Source of the DNA: an uncultured Rhodobacteraceae bacterium
Lineage (GTDB): Bacteria > Pseudomonadota > Alphaproteobacteria > Rhodobacterales > Rhodobacteraceae
DNA length: 64,000 bases
Reading direction: 5' to 3'
NCBI GenBank assembly: GCA_947493255.1
Contig: CANLQK010000005.1
Span: 277,078-341,077 of the forward strand
The notes beneath the pieces are model-generated. The model worked only from the letters and a program-made list of their open reading frames with translations. It searched no databases and was not told where the DNA came from. A program made the position numbers and the translations under genes. This document shows positions 27,783 to 38,783 of the stretch, piece by piece; the stretch's first letter is position 1, and each line of letters begins with the position of its first letter.

Positions 27783-30410
27783 ATGAGCAGCACCGTAACG
27801 CCAATGATGGCGCAGTATCTTGAGATCAAGGCAGACCATACGGACGCATTGTTGTTCTATCGGATGGGCGATTTTTACGAACTCTTCTTCGACGACGCTG
27901 TTGCCGCCGCCGAAGCCTTGGATATTGCGCTAACCAAACGAGGGAAACATCTTGGCGAAGACATCGCGATGTGTGGTGTCCCGTTTCACGCCGCGGAAGG
28001 CTACCTTCTGACACTGATCCGCAAAGGTCATCGCGTCGCCGTTTGTGAGCAATTAGAGAGCCCCGCAGAAGCCAAGAAACGAGGGTACAAGTCTGTTGTA
28101 AAACGTGGTGTCACGCGCGTTGTAACCCCAGGAACTCTTACAGAGGATTCCTTGCTAGACGCGCGTCGACACAACTTCCTTGCAGCGTACGCAGATGTGC
28201 GGGGCGAGGGTGCTTTAGCTTGGGTTGATATTTCCACAGGCGCTTTTTCGGTTCTTTCATGTGACGCAGCAGGTCTCGGGCCGGAATTGGCGCGGCTGAC
28301 ACCTAAAGAAGTGCTAATCTCTGAGAACAGCGAAAATCAATTTGGCTGCATTGTCGAGGATTCAGGAGCATCTCTAACCGTTCTTGGAAACGCGGCCTTT
28401 GACAGCACAAATGGCGAAAAACGGTTAAGTAGTGTCTATTCTGTTTCATCAATGGATGGGTTCGGCGCATTTGGTCGTGCAGAAATTTCTGCGATGGCTG
28501 CTGTTGTCGAATATTTAGAAATCACTCAGAAAGGCCGGCTTCCCCTTCTTCGGCCACCCCTGCGGGAGCTTCGTGATGCGGCCATGCAAATTGATGGGCC
28601 CACACGAAAATCATTGGAACTAACAATTGGAATGAATGGCGCGCGGGCTGGTTCGCTTTTGTCGGTCATTGACAAGACACAGACAGCGGGTGGGGCGCGA
28701 TTGTTAGAACGGCGCCTGTCAGCGCCATCTCGAGATCTGGACCAGATCGGTTCTCGGCAAGATGCCATTGAATGGTGTTTACGAACACCTGACGTCGCCG
28801 CTCTTTTGGAGGATAGGTTGCGTGAAGTCCCAGATCTTGATCGTGCATTATCTCGGCTTTCGTTAGATCGTGGCGGCCCACGCGATATGGCTGCTGTTCG
28901 AGGGGCTATCGCGCAGGCTGAGACAATAGCACAAACGCTACCAGAGAATTTACCTGCAGCCTTAGGGACAGCCGCTCGGCACTTAACTGGGCTAGGGGAA
29001 TTGCTGGACCTTCTTGATACTGCACTGGTCGCAGAACCCCCGCTTTTGGCTAGGGATGGTGGATTTGTCGCGTCAGGCTTCGATGCCGAGTTGGATGAAT
29101 TCCGCTCATTGCGCGACGAAGGCCGTTCGATCATCGCCAAGATGCAAACGCAATACTCTGAACAATCGGGCGTTACGGCCTTAAAGATCAAACATAATAA
29201 CGTCCTAGGCTATTTCATCGAGGTGACGGCAGCGCATTCGGAAAAAATGCTATCAGCACCCTTGTCGGAGACGTTTATCCACCGGCAAACAACAGCAAAT
29301 CAAGTTCGCTTTACGACCGTAGAGCTCTCTGAGCTTGAAACTCGTATTCTGAATGCAGGCGGACGATGTCTCGAGATCGAAAAGCGGCTCTATTCCAGCT
29401 TAAAGTCGGACATTCTAGATCAGGCAGCGCCGCTCTTTACATTGGCCCGTGGTTTGGCCGAATTTGACCTTTGTGCCGCTTTGGCGCGATTAGCACGCGA
29501 AGAAAACTGGGTCCGGCCTGTTATGACAACTGGCCGTGAATTCAATATCACCAGCGGTCGCCACCCTGTCGTCGAAAGTGCATTGAAGGCAAGCGGATCC
29601 CAGTTTGTCGCAAACGATTGTGGGCTCAGCGTCGAATCTATATGGCTTCTGACCGGACCTAACATGGCCGGTAAATCAACGTACTTACGGCAGAACGCCT
29701 TAGTTGCCATTTTGGCCCAAATGGGGGCGTTTGTCCCTGCTGAAAGTGCAGAAATTGGAATCGTTAGTCAGATCTTTAGCCGGGTCGGCGCATCCGATGA
29801 CCTAAGCAAAGGCCAGTCCACATTTATGGTCGAGATGGTAGAAACAGCCGCAATTTTGAACCAGGCCGATGATCGTTCGTTGGTCATTCTCGATGAGATC
29901 GGCCGCGGCACCGCAACCTACGATGGATTATCGATTGCCTGGGCAACGCTTGAGCACCTTCACAATGTAAACAGGTGTCGCGCCCTGTTCGCCACCCACT
30001 ATCATGAAATGACGCAGCTGTCTGATCAGCTCGATAACGTCGCAAACGCGACCGTCACCGTGAAAGAATGGGAAGGTGATGTGATCTTCCTACACGAGGT
30101 GAAACGTGGAACCGCTGATCGTTCCTACGGTGTTCAAGTCGCAAGACTGGCCGGTCTTCCATCAGTAGTGGTCGACCGCGCAAAGGTTGTTCTGGATGCG
30201 TTGGAAAAGGGCGAACGGGAAGGCAAGCAGAAGGCCGTTATCGATGATTTGCCTTTATTTAGCGCGACACCATCCGCGCCTGTGCCTACAAAAACCGTGC
30301 CTTCCGAAGTGGAGGCACGGTTGAAAGATGTGTTGCCCGACGATTTGTCGCCTAAGGCAGCGCTCGATTTGATCTACGAGCTTCGGGGTTTGGTTAGCTC
30401 TTCGGAGTAG
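27783..30410 (+). CDS. mutS: DNA mismatch repair protein MutS
   Basis: TPMMAQY, YRMGDFYELF, GPNMAGKST, STFMVEM, DEIGRGT, ATHYHE. Confidence 0.97.
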   Translation: MSSTVTPMMAQYLEIKADHTDALLFYRMGDFYELFFDDAVAAAEALDIALTKRGKHLGEDIAMCGVPFHAAEGYLLTLIRKGHRVAVCEQLESPAEAKKRGYKSVVKRGVTRVVTPGTLTEDSLLDARRHNFLAAYADVRGEGALAWVDISTGAFSVLSCDAAGLGPELARLTPKEVLISENSENQFGCIVEDSGASLTVLGNAAFDSTNGEKRLSSVYSVSSMDGFGAFGRAEISAMAAVVEYLEITQKGRLPLLRPPLRELRDAAMQIDGPTRKSLELTIGMNGARAGSLLSVIDKTQTAGGARLLERRLSAPSRDLDQIGSRQDAIEWCLRTPDVAALLEDRLREVPDLDRALSRLSLDRGGPRDMAAVRGAIAQAETIAQTLPENLPAALGTAARHLTGLGELLDLLDTALVAEPPLLARDGGFVASGFDAELDEFRSLRDEGRSIIAKMQTQYSEQSGVTALKIKHNNVLGYFIEVTAAHSEKMLSAPLSETFIHRQTTANQVRFTTVELSELETRILNAGGRCLEIEKRLYSSLKSDILDQAAPLFTLARGLAEFDLCAALARLAREENWVRPVMTTGREFNITSGRHPVVESALKASGSQFVANDCGLSVESIWLLTGPNMAGKSTYLRQNALVAILAQMGAFVPAESAEIGIVSQIFSRVGASDDLSKGQSTFMVEMVETAAILNQADDRSLVILDEIGRGTATYDGLSIAWATLEHLHNVNRCRALFATHYHEMTQLSDQLDNVANATVTVKEWEGDVIFLHEVKRGTADRSYGVQVARLAGLPSVVVDRAKVVLDALEKGEREGKQKAVIDDLPLFSATPSAPVPTKTVPSEVEARLKDVLPDDLSPKAALDLIYELRGLVSSSE

Positions 30411-30966
30411 AGGAAACACCGACCTGTGCCGGACGCAGCAAGCGATCATGCAACATGAAACCGGTAGAAGCGACTTGAATGATGTCGCCAGCCGTCGTGC
30501 CGGGCACTGGCGCCTCAAACATAGCTTCGTGTTGTTGCGGATCAAACTTGTCGCCCACTTCAGGAACGATAGGATCAATGCCGTGTTTCTTAAATACGCC
30601 AATCAATTCACGCATTGTAAGCTCGACACCCTCAAGCAACGCTTTGTCGCCTTCCTTGCCGTCTTCTTTTTGCATTTTCAGTGCACGTTCCAAGTTGTCA
30701 TACACAGGTAGCAGATCACGGGCGAGGCGGGATCCACCATAATTTTCCGCCTCGCGGCGATCGCGATCCGCGCGCTTGCGTGTGTTTTCCACATCTGCAA
30801 GTGCACGCATGTATCCGTCTTTCAACTCTGCAATTTCGGTTTTGAGCGCGACGATATCATCACCCTCTTCAACCATCTCTTCGAGAGTCAGTTCATCTTC
30901 AGGGCCGAGATCAGTTTCAGCCATGATATCATCCAAGAATTGGTCGTTTTCTTTGTTGTCAGCCAT
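30394..30966 (-). CDS. grpE: Nucleotide exchange factor GrpE
   Basis: RALADVENTRKR, FDPQQHEAM, GFMLHDRLLRPAQVGV. Confidence 0.95.
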   Translation of the reverse strand: MADNKENDQFLDDIMAETDLGPEDELTLEEMVEEGDDIVALKTEIAELKDGYMRALADVENTRKRADRDRREAENYGGSRLARDLLPVYDNLERALKMQKEDGKEGDKALLEGVELTMRELIGVFKKHGIDPIVPEVGDKFDPQQHEAMFEAPVPGTTAGDIIQVASTGFMLHDRLLRPAQVGVSSTPKS

Positions 30967-30979
30967 CGTCCAGCGTTCC

Positions 30980-32041
30980 TTATCCGCGATCTGAGATCAG
31001 TTTCCCGACCAACTGCGCGGTGTAATCCACAATGGGCACAATGCGCCCGTAGTTCAGACGGGTCGGACCAATAACGCCGACCGCGCCCACAATCTTTCGA
31101 TCAGCGTTCATATAAGGGGAAACCACCAAAGAGGAACCCGAAAGTGAGAAAAGTTTGTTTTCTGATCCAATGAAAATGCGAACTCCGTCGCCTGCTTCCG
31201 TCAAATCAAGGAATTCGGTAATATCACGTTTGCGTTCGAGGTCATCAAATAGAGTGCGAATTCGTTCCAGATCGTCCTGATCGCCATCCGCCAAAAGGTT
31301 TCCACGGCCGCGCACGATTAATCGTTCAGTTGATTCGCCTTTGTTCTCCCAGATTGCCGCGCCAGATTCGACCAGTTCACGCGCGAGCGTGTCAATCTCT
31401 TGGCGGCGGGTTGCCATCTCCCGAGAGATGGCGGTTCCGAGCTCTGACAGGGTACGACCTTCGGCTATCGCATTGATGAAGTTAGCGGCTTCGCGCATCG
31501 AAGACGGGGTTTGACCGGGCGGCGGCGTAAAGATGCGGTTTTCAACCTGACCATCTGCAAACACCAAAACGACCAACGCACGGTCTGCCGCAAGGCTTAC
31601 GAACTCGACGTGCTTGATTGCAGCTTCATGTTTCGGGGTCAGGACAAGGCTAGCACCTTGGGTGACCCCAGAAAGAGCTGATCCGACGCGATCAAGGAGG
31701 GTGGCAACGTCATCATCGTTTCCGCCCATCGTCTGATCAATTTTAGCACGATCTGAGCCGTCTAAGTCGTCGACCTCTAGCAAGCCATCAACGAACATCC
31801 GTAACCCTTGCTGTGTCGGTATACGCCCGGCGCTGATATGGGGACTGTCGAGAAGGCCGAAATGTTCAAGGTCTTGCATCACATTACGAATGGTCGCTGC
31901 GCTGACCTGTTCGGTTAAGGTTCTGGTCAGTGTCCGAGACCCAACCGGCGCGCCCGTGTCAAGGTATCCCTCAACGACACAGCGAAAAACTTCCCGAGAG
32001 CGGGCATTAAGGTCGTCAATATTGGGCGTTTGGTCAGACAT
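30980..32041 (-). CDS. hrcA: Heat-inducible transcriptional repressor HrcA
   Basis: [40 protein letters not shown]. Start refined to MSDQTP. Confidence 0.95.
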   Translation of the reverse strand: MSDQTPNIDDLNARSREVFRCVVEGYLDTGAPVGSRTLTRTLTEQVSAATIRNVMQDLEHFGLLDSPHISAGRIPTQQGLRMFVDGLLEVDDLDGSDRAKIDQTMGGNDDDVATLLDRVGSALSGVTQGASLVLTPKHEAAIKHVEFVSLAADRALVVLVFADGQVENRIFTPPPGQTPSSMREAANFINAIAEGRTLSELGTAISREMATRRQEIDTLARELVESGAAIWENKGESTERLIVRGRGNLLADGDQDDLERIRTLFDDLERKRDITEFLDLTEAGDGVRIFIGSENKLFSLSGSSLVVSPYMNADRKIVGAVGVIGPTRLNYGRIVPIVDYTAQLVGKLISDRG

Positions 32042-32155
32042 ATGGTGTTTCCTAGGGGCGCTGTCATTTATGACCCAGCATCGCAAAAGGTCAATCGGGG
32101 TTGGAATTATCGAACAGGGGGCGTATCCGATAGGAAACCAACAAAGGAAATGCCA

Positions 32156-32863
32156 ATGCGCCCCTCCGGACGTCAGATTGATGAAATGCGAACTATTTCG
32201 ATTGAAACCAACGTGACAAGGCACGCGGAAGGGTCTTGCCTAATCAAATGCGGCGATACTCATGTGCTGTGCACCGCTTCTGTTGATGAACGTGTTCCAT
32301 CATTCATGAAAAATTCCGGGCTAGGCTGGGTAACCGCGGAATACGGCATGCTACCACGCGCAACAAACACACGTATGCGCCGCGAAGCCAAGAACGGTCA
32401 AAGCGGCCGCACACAGGAAATACAGCGGCTGATCGGTCGCTCGTTGCGTGCTGGTGTCGATCGGGTTGCCCTGGGTGAACGCCAGATCGTCGTTGATTGT
32501 GATGTCATTCAGGCCGACGGCGGGACCCGCTGTGCTTCGATCACCGGTGGCTGGGTTGCGCTTAAGCTCGCCGTTCAAAAGTTGATGAAAGCAGGTGATG
32601 TTATCTCTGATCCTTTAGCCATTCCTGTCGCGGCAGTGTCATGTGGCGTGTATGCAGGACAATCCGTTCTGGACTTGGATTATCCAGAAGATTCCGAAGC
32701 AGGCGTGGACGGAAACTTCGTAATGACCGGTGACAAGTTGATCGAAATTCAAATGTCAGCCGAGGGCTCTACATTCTCCCGTGAGCAGATGAACGCAATG
32801 ATGGATCTTGCCGACAAAGGCATTGCCGAACTAGCAGCTGCCCAAATTGCGGCCGTAAGTTGA
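32156..32863 (+). CDS. rph: Ribonuclease PH
   Basis: [38 protein letters not shown]. Confidence 0.96.
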   Translation: MRPSGRQIDEMRTISIETNVTRHAEGSCLIKCGDTHVLCTASVDERVPSFMKNSGLGWVTAEYGMLPRATNTRMRREAKNGQSGRTQEIQRLIGRSLRAGVDRVALGERQIVVDCDVIQADGGTRCASITGGWVALKLAVQKLMKAGDVISDPLAIPVAAVSCGVYAGQSVLDLDYPEDSEAGVDGNFVMTGDKLIEIQMSAEGSTFSREQMNAMMDLADKGIAELAAAQIAAVS

Positions 32864-33471
32864 TGCGGAAGTTCGAGGAAAAAAAGTTGCTTATTGCAAC
32901 GCACAACAATGGAAAGCTCGTCGAGATTGCGGACTTGCTTAGCCCTTTTGGTGTGAGTGTTTCATCGAATGCTGATCACGGGCTTCCGGAACCCGAAGAA
33001 ACCGAAACAACCTTTACCGGAAACGCGCGAATTAAGGCCCACGCAGCGGTCAAGGCAACCGGCTTGCCCGCGTTGTCAGACGACAGCGGCATCACGGTCG
33101 ACGGTTTGGACGGTGCTCCGGGCGTGTATACGGCAGATTGGGCTGAAACCCCTAATGGACGTAACTTTGTACTCGCAATGACCCGTACATGGCATGAGCT
33201 TGAAGCACGCAATGCGCCGATGCCGCGCAAGGCTCAGTTTCGGTGCTGTCTGGTATTGGCGTGGCCTGATGGGCACGATGAGGTTTTCGAGGGGGTTATG
33301 CCTGGGGAGCTCGTTTGGCCAATGCGTGGTGATCAAGGACATGGTTATGATCCAATTTTTCAACCTGATGGTTACAAAGAAACGTTTGGTGAAATGGACC
33401 GTTGGGAAAAGAACAAGATTAGCCATCGGGCCGACGCGTTTCGCAAGCTGATCGAGAGCTGTTTTGCCTGA
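32860..33471 (+). CDS. rdgB: dITP/XTP pyrophosphatase
   Basis: [33 protein letters not shown]. Confidence 0.93.
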   Translation: MMRKFEEKKLLIATHNNGKLVEIADLLSPFGVSVSSNADHGLPEPEETETTFTGNARIKAHAAVKATGLPALSDDSGITVDGLDGAPGVYTADWAETPNGRNFVLAMTRTWHELEARNAPMPRKAQFRCCLVLAWPDGHDEVFEGVMPGELVWPMRGDQGHGYDPIFQPDGYKETFGEMDRWEKNKISHRADAFRKLIESCFA

Positions 33472-34600
33472 CGCAGGTTTCGGAATCTATCTACATTGGC
33501 CGTTCTGTCAGGCCAAGTGCCCGTACTGCGATTTCAATTCCCACGTCGTCGCAAATGTTGTTGATGATGTCTGGGCAAATGCGTTCGAAACTGAAATCGA
33601 ACGGATTGCCAAACTAACGAACGATCGGCTCCTAAACTCTGTATTTTTTGGCGGTGGAACCCCAAGCTTGATGGCGGTCTCGACCGTAGAACGTATTATG
33701 GAGAGTATTTCTAAACATTGGCGCCTTGCGAATAACTTGGAGGTGACCCTAGAGGCCAATCCAACATCTATCGAAGCAGAACGGTTTTCTGGGTATCGCA
33801 GGGCAGGGGTCAACCGCGTTTCTGTCGGGGTACAGGCATTGAATGATCCAGACCTAAAAGCATTGGGTCGATTGCATTCGGTGGACGAGGCGTTGAACGC
33901 AGTCGATATTGCCCGATCAACATTTGATCGCGTGAGTTTTGATCTTATCTACGCACGCCAGAACCAATCCGTGGCCGATTGGGAGGCCGAGCTAGAACGT
34001 GCCATTTCTTTTGAGCCTGACCATCTGTCTTTGTATCAATTGACCATCGAAGATGGGACCGCGTTTGCGGATAGGTTCAAGGTCGGTAAGCTTCGTGGTT
34101 TGCCAAATGAGGACCAAAGCGCAGATCTTTGGGATGTCACCCAACAGCTATGCGAGGGGGCCGGGCTTGCTGCGTACGAGGTCTCTAACCATGCCAAAAT
34201 TGGCCAAGAAAGCCGCCATAACCTCATCTATTGGCAATCAGGAGATTGGGCCGGTATTGGGCCTGGTGCACACGGTCGTCTCACTCTTGATGGCGTCCGA
34301 TACGAGACGATCGGGGCGAAGGCACCAGCCGCATGGATTGAACGCGTGCAGAATTCCGGAGATGGAAGCGTTCTTCAACAAGCACTAACGGAACAAGATG
34401 TACTTGAAGAGCGGGTCTTAATGGGCCTACGGATGGCGCAGGGTATTGAATTATCTGATCGCTGGATTGGCGGAAATATAAATAATATCAATTACTTAAT
34501 TGATACCGGCCTACTAACCTTGAGCGGTAATCAAATCCGAACGACCTCTGCAGGCCGCCCTGTTTTGAACGCTGTTATTCAAAGGTTATTAGCCTCCTGA
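33464..34600 (+). CDS. hemW: Radical SAM heme chaperone HemW
   Basis: YLHWPFCQAKCPYCDFN, GGGTPS, EANP, YEVSNHA; follows rdgB; TTG start. Confidence 0.9.
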   Translation: MPDAGFGIYLHWPFCQAKCPYCDFNSHVVANVVDDVWANAFETEIERIAKLTNDRLLNSVFFGGGTPSLMAVSTVERIMESISKHWRLANNLEVTLEANPTSIEAERFSGYRRAGVNRVSVGVQALNDPDLKALGRLHSVDEALNAVDIARSTFDRVSFDLIYARQNQSVADWEAELERAISFEPDHLSLYQLTIEDGTAFADRFKVGKLRGLPNEDQSADLWDVTQQLCEGAGLAAYEVSNHAKIGQESRHNLIYWQSGDWAGIGPGAHGRLTLDGVRYETIGAKAPAAWIERVQNSGDGSVLQQALTEQDVLEERVLMGLRMAQGIELSDRWIGGNINNINYLIDTGLLTLSGNQIRTTSAGRPVLNAVIQRLLAS

Positions 34601-35479
34601 AAGCAGCCTTAATAAATCATCCAACTGCTCAAGGTCCTTATAGTTCAGTACGAGCTGCCCGTTCTCACGACCTGCTGCATGATTAACAGATACTTTCATA
34701 CCTAATTGCGCGGACAATTCACTTTCTACTTGAACAGTGTCTGCATCCTTAGCCACGCTTTTGGGCTTTTTGGCTCTTTTTGTCTCAGACTTATTCGTTT
34801 TTGCAAGTTTCTCGGCCTCACGAACTGAAAGGCCTTTCTTCACTATCTCGATTGCAAGCGATTCAGCGTTTGGATGGCTGACAAGAGTTCGGGCATGTCC
34901 GGCAGACAGCTTACCCTGCTCGAGAAGAGATTGAACAACAGGTGGTAATGTTAGTAATCGAACAGCATTCGCAATATGGCTTCGACTTTTTCCTAGAGCC
35001 TTACCCATTTCGTCCTGAGTGCGTCCGAATTTCTCCATTAGCTGTTTGTACCCTGCTGCTTCATCAATCGCATTAAGGTCAGAGCGTTGGATATTCTCGA
35101 TGATCGCAACTTCTAGCACTTCAAGATCTGAAAAATCTCGAATAATTGCAGGAACTTCATGAAGTTTCGCTTGTTGGGAGGCGCGCCAGCGGCGCTCACC
35201 AGCAACAATTTCGAATTCACCTTTTGGGCCTGGTTTTCGCCTTACAATAAGTGGTTGAATTACCCCTTTTTCGGCAATTGACGCTGTCAGGTCAGCCATA
35301 GCCTGATCATCAAAAGTGCGTCTTGGTTGGTCGGAGTTCGGATAGATCTTTTCAATCGGGATTGAGCGTTCTGTCGTTTCGTTGTCAGCTGTCCTGATGT
35401 TCTCTACAGGTGCGACGTCGGACATCAAAGCTGAAAGGCCTCTTCCAAGTCCGCGGGTAGGTTTTTTTGATCCGCTCAT
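34589..35479 (-). CDS. parB: Chromosome partitioning protein ParB
   Basis: GLGRGLSALM, QPRRTF, IVAGERRWRA, IENIQRSDL. Confidence 0.96.
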   Translation of the reverse strand: MSGSKKPTRGLGRGLSALMSDVAPVENIRTADNETTERSIPIEKIYPNSDQPRRTFDDQAMADLTASIAEKGVIQPLIVRRKPGPKGEFEIVAGERRWRASQQAKLHEVPAIIRDFSDLEVLEVAIIENIQRSDLNAIDEAAGYKQLMEKFGRTQDEMGKALGKSRSHIANAVRLLTLPPVVQSLLEQGKLSAGHARTLVSHPNAESLAIEIVKKGLSVREAEKLAKTNKSETKRAKKPKSVAKDADTVQVESELSAQLGMKVSVNHAAGRENGQLVLNYKDLEQLDDLLRLLSGG

Positions 35480-35480
35480 A

Positions 35481-36296
35481 TTATGCTCCGGCCTTTAGGT
35501 TTGCTGCTGATTTCGCTGATACTTCTCTTGCGAGGCTCACGTATGCCAGTGCCCCCTTCGAATGAGGGTCGTAGTCGATGACAGACAGCGCAAATGAAGG
35601 TGCTTCACTTAGTCGAACGTTCCTAGGAATGACCGTCTTAAATACCATATCCCCAAGATTGTCTCGAGCATCAGCTTCGACCTGTTGAGATAGGTTGTTT
35701 CTACTATCATACATCGTAAGCACGACTCCCTCGATCCGAAGGTCTGGGTTTGCGGTTTGGCGGACCTCTCGAACCGTCAGCATCAATTGAGACAGCCCTT
35801 CAAGCGCAAAGAACTCACTTTGCAAAGGAACAACAACAGAATTAGAGGCAATCAGCGCGTTCACTGTCAATATATTGAGCGAAGGGGGACAGTCGATCAA
35901 TATGTAGTCAACATTAAGCCCGTCGATACTAGGCTGCCGCAAAGCATCATGCAGCATGAAGCTTCTTTTTTCATTGGACATCAGATTCATGTCAGCTGAA
36001 CTTAAATCAGTTGTTGCAGGAATTATTAGAAGCCCATCAACATTTGTATTTCGCGCGGCCTCAAGTGGTGACACATCACCCGACAAAAGGTCATATGTTG
36101 TTAGTTGCCTGTCTTCCGGATCGATTCCTAGTCCTGTTGATGCATTCCCTTGTGGGTCGAGGTCGACCAAAAGCACCCGGAAGCCAATCTTTGCCAACGC
36201 GGCACCAAGGTTGATCGTTGTCGTCGTTTTTCCCACGCCCCCTTTTTGGTTAGCAATGGAAATGATCTTTGGGTTTGTAGTACGACTAACATTCAC
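35481..36296 (-). CDS. parA: Chromosome partitioning ATPase ParA
   Basis: NQKGGVGKTTT, DLDPQGNA, DCPPSL, IPRNVRLSEAPS. GTG start overlapping the rsmG end (the ORF track gives 36332). Confidence 0.95.
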   Translation of the reverse strand: MNVSRTTNPKIISIANQKGGVGKTTTTINLGAALAKIGFRVLLVDLDPQGNASTGLGIDPEDRQLTTYDLLSGDVSPLEAARNTNVDGLLIIPATTDLSSADMNLMSNEKRSFMLHDALRQPSIDGLNVDYILIDCPPSLNILTVNALIASNSVVVPLQSEFFALEGLSQLMLTVREVRQTANPDLRIEGVVLTMYDSRNNLSQQVEADARDNLGDMVFKTVIPRNVRLSEAPSFALSVIDYDPHSKGALAYVSLAREVSAKSAANLKAGA

Positions 36297-36906
36297 GGCG
36301 GTTGATCCTTGAAATTTCCAACACTCTTGCATCAGTATGGGTTTTGCTTTGATGAGCTATTACGTCAAACGACCAATTCCTCTGTGCCAGATCAAGCTCT
36401 TCCTGAAAGCGCGCTCCTTTTGGAAATATTGCAACACCATCACTCTTGAGTAATTGACCGGAAAATTCCAATAATTTGTTTAAAGGCGCCAACGCCCTCG
36501 CCGTTATGACATCTGCTGCGGGAATATCTTGTTCTTCAATTCGCCCGTTCACAACTGTTATGTTGAGCTCAAGCTCTCTCCTTGCAGTATTTAGGAACAG
36601 GCATTTTCGCTGGTCGCTTTCGATCAACGTCATGGGCCGTGACTGTGGATCTATGATAGCAATAACCAAAGCGGGTAGGCCGCCCCCGCTTCCAATATCT
36701 GTCCAATTCACCCAATTATTTGGTGAAAGAGAATATATTTGCGCACTATCCTCAATATGTCTTTCCCACAGATCATCTGAACTTGTTGAAGCTATCAAAT
36801 TGATGGACTTGGTCCATTTTTTGATCAGCGATGCCAGACCCTCAAGCCGTTCGAATGTTTCACGTGAAACATCTACACCCCCAACTACACGTTTATCAGA
36901 CATCAT
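36286..36906 (-). CDS. rsmG: 16S rRNA m7G527 methyltransferase
   Basis: [31 protein letters not shown]. Confidence 0.93.
   Translation of the reverse strand: MMSDKRVVGGVDVSRETFERLEGLASLIKKWTKSINLIASTSSDDLWERHIEDSAQIYSLSPNNWVNWTDIGSGGGLPALVIAIIDPQSRPMTLIESDQRKCLFLNTARRELELNITVVNGRIEEQDIPAADVITARALAPLNKLLEFSGQLLKSDGVAIFPKGARFQEELDLAQRNWSFDVIAHQSKTHTDARVLEISRINRREC
36856..36871. promoter_or_regulatory. parS: parS centromere site within the rsmG coding sequence
   Basis: Perfect TGTTTCACGTGAAACA (extends to an 18-bp palindrome, 36855-36872) read as D-V-S-R-E-T-F. Confidence 0.92.
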
Positions 36907-38771
36907 GAAGCACGCACCGCCCTTCCACCGCGTTTTATCTCTGCAAGAATAAGCATCAAAGCAGCTGGCGTGACGCCATCCACACGCGCCGCTTGCGCCA
37001 TGTTATCCGGACTTGCAGCAGTAAGCTTTGAACGCAACTCATTCGAAAGGCCAGTAATCTTCTCATAAACCAAGCTCTTTGGTATGATCAAATTGGCATC
37101 CCTTCTCAACGCCGAGACATCGTTCTGCTGACGCTCAATATAGTGAGAATAGAGAGCGTCTCTAGCAAGCTGAACTCCAATCTTATTATCAATATGTTCA
37201 AGCTCCGGTGAGAACTGAAGAAGTGATTCTAATTTGGTACCAGCAATCGTTAATGCATTGAAAAGAGAGCGTTTAGGGCCATCCGGGCTCACCTTTACGC
37301 CGGCATTGAAAAGTTCTCTCGAAGATACAACAGTTCTTTCAAGAGCTGCCCGGCCGGCAGCTAAGCCGTCTGATTTATTCGAAAATTTCTCCCAGCGCTT
37401 GTCTGAAACACAACCGACAGTTCGCCCAAGCTCGGTTAGTCTTTGGTCGGCATTGTCAGCGCGCAATGACAACCGGAATTCTGCACGCGACGTGAACATA
37501 CGATATGGTTCACTAACTCCTCGGACTGTCAGGTCATCCACCATCACTCCAATATAGGAAGTCGACCGATCGAAACTAATCGGTTCATCATCCCTTGAAT
37601 TTGCAGCGGCACTTAACCCAGCAACAAGCCCTTGTGCGGCAGCTTCTTCATACCCAGTCGTTCCATTGATTTGACCGGCAAGATATAGGCCAGGCAAAGT
37701 CTTGAGCTCCAGTTGCATACTTAGGCTTCGAGGATCAACATAGTCATACTCGATAGCATACCCAGGTTGCAGAATCTTTGCTTTTTCAAGTCCTTTGATC
37801 GAGTTCACATACTCATTCTGAACATCTATGGGAAGCGAAGTTGAGATCCCATTCGGGTAAATTGTGTGGTCATCCAGTCCTTCCGGCTCAAGGAATATCT
37901 GGTGAGAGCTCTTATCTGAAAAACGAACGATCTTGTCCTCAATCGACGGACAATAACGTGGGCCAATTCCATCAATGTGACCACCATACATTGCTGATCG
38001 CGAAAGATTTCTTTGAATTATGTCATGGGTTTCTGGATTAGTATGGGTAATTCCACACGAAATCTGGGGGCAGATAACGCCGTCATCTAGAAACGAAAAT
38101 AGTTCAGGGTTTTCATCCGCTTCCTGACGCTCGATACCACTCCAATCAATTGTACGGCCATCGATTCTAGGAGGAGTTCCTGTCTTGAGCCGACCCATTG
38201 GCAAATCATAACTGGAAAGGCGCTCGGCAAGGGCAATCGATGGTCTATCACCCATTCTCCCGCCAGAATGCGATTCGTCGCCGATATGAATTACACCACG
38301 CAGAAATGTGCCTGTAGTTAAGATCACAGTTTTCGCATTAACTTCAGAACCATCAAAGAGCTTTACGCCCTCAATTCGCCCGTTCTGAACAATCAAATCG
38401 GAGACTTCTCCTTCGATGACATCCAGATTCTCACGTGAAAAAGCCAGCCTTTGAATTGCTGACATATATAGTTTTCGGTCTGCTTGGGTTCTCGGGCCCT
38501 GGACGGCCGGGCCCTTTTTCCGATTAAGCAATCGAAATTGGATTCCCGCAGAATCTGCCGCAATACCCATAATCCCATCAAGCGCGTCGATTTCCCTTAC
38601 AAGGTGTCCCTTACCGAGACCGCCAATCGCTGGATTACATGACATGACCCCTAGATCACTTTTCCGCAGTGTTATCAGTAATGTATGCGCGCCCATTCGC
38701 GCTGCAGCATGAGCTGCTTCGCAGCCAGCATGTCCGCCGCCAATAACCAAAACATCGAAATCATGTTTCAC
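36903..38771 (-). CDS. mnmG: tRNA uridine 5-carboxymethylaminomethyl modification enzyme MnmG (GidA)
   Basis: [42 protein letters not shown]. Likely GTG start at 38771 (AAGGA SD 9 nt upstream); alternative TTG at 38780. Confidence 0.96.
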   Translation of the reverse strand: MKHDFDVLVIGGGHAGCEAAHAAARMGAHTLLITLRKSDLGVMSCNPAIGGLGKGHLVREIDALDGIMGIAADSAGIQFRLLNRKKGPAVQGPRTQADRKLYMSAIQRLAFSRENLDVIEGEVSDLIVQNGRIEGVKLFDGSEVNAKTVILTTGTFLRGVIHIGDESHSGGRMGDRPSIALAERLSSYDLPMGRLKTGTPPRIDGRTIDWSGIERQEADENPELFSFLDDGVICPQISCGITHTNPETHDIIQRNLSRSAMYGGHIDGIGPRYCPSIEDKIVRFSDKSSHQIFLEPEGLDDHTIYPNGISTSLPIDVQNEYVNSIKGLEKAKILQPGYAIEYDYVDPRSLSMQLELKTLPGLYLAGQINGTTGYEEAAAQGLVAGLSAAANSRDDEPISFDRSTSYIGVMVDDLTVRGVSEPYRMFTSRAEFRLSLRADNADQRLTELGRTVGCVSDKRWEKFSNKSDGLAAGRAALERTVVSSRELFNAGVKVSPDGPKRSLFNALTIAGTKLESLLQFSPELEHIDNKIGVQLARDALYSHYIERQQNDVSALRRDANLIIPKSLVYEKITGLSNELRSKLTAASPDNMAQAARVDGVTPAALMLILAEIKRGGRAVRAS

Positions 38772-38779
38772 GTGAAACA
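38764..38779. promoter_or_regulatory. parS: parS centromere site overlapping the mnmG start codon
   Basis: Perfect TGTTTCACGTGAAACA. Confidence 0.92.
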
Positions 38780-38783
38780 ATCC

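Noticed and set aside
28526-29191. 221-aa ORF antisense to mutS (similar shadows: 49338-49988 on hslU, 46931-47557 on mltA, 26490-27038 on maeB)
   Set aside because: Typical stop-poor shadow frames of GC-biased genes; no domain motifs or SD.
32042-32155. CIRCE operator expected near hrcA-grpE
   Set aside because: No TTAGCACTC-N9-GAGTGCTAA is present. A TTGACC...CATAAAT promoter-like element is there, but the sigma factor cannot be assigned.
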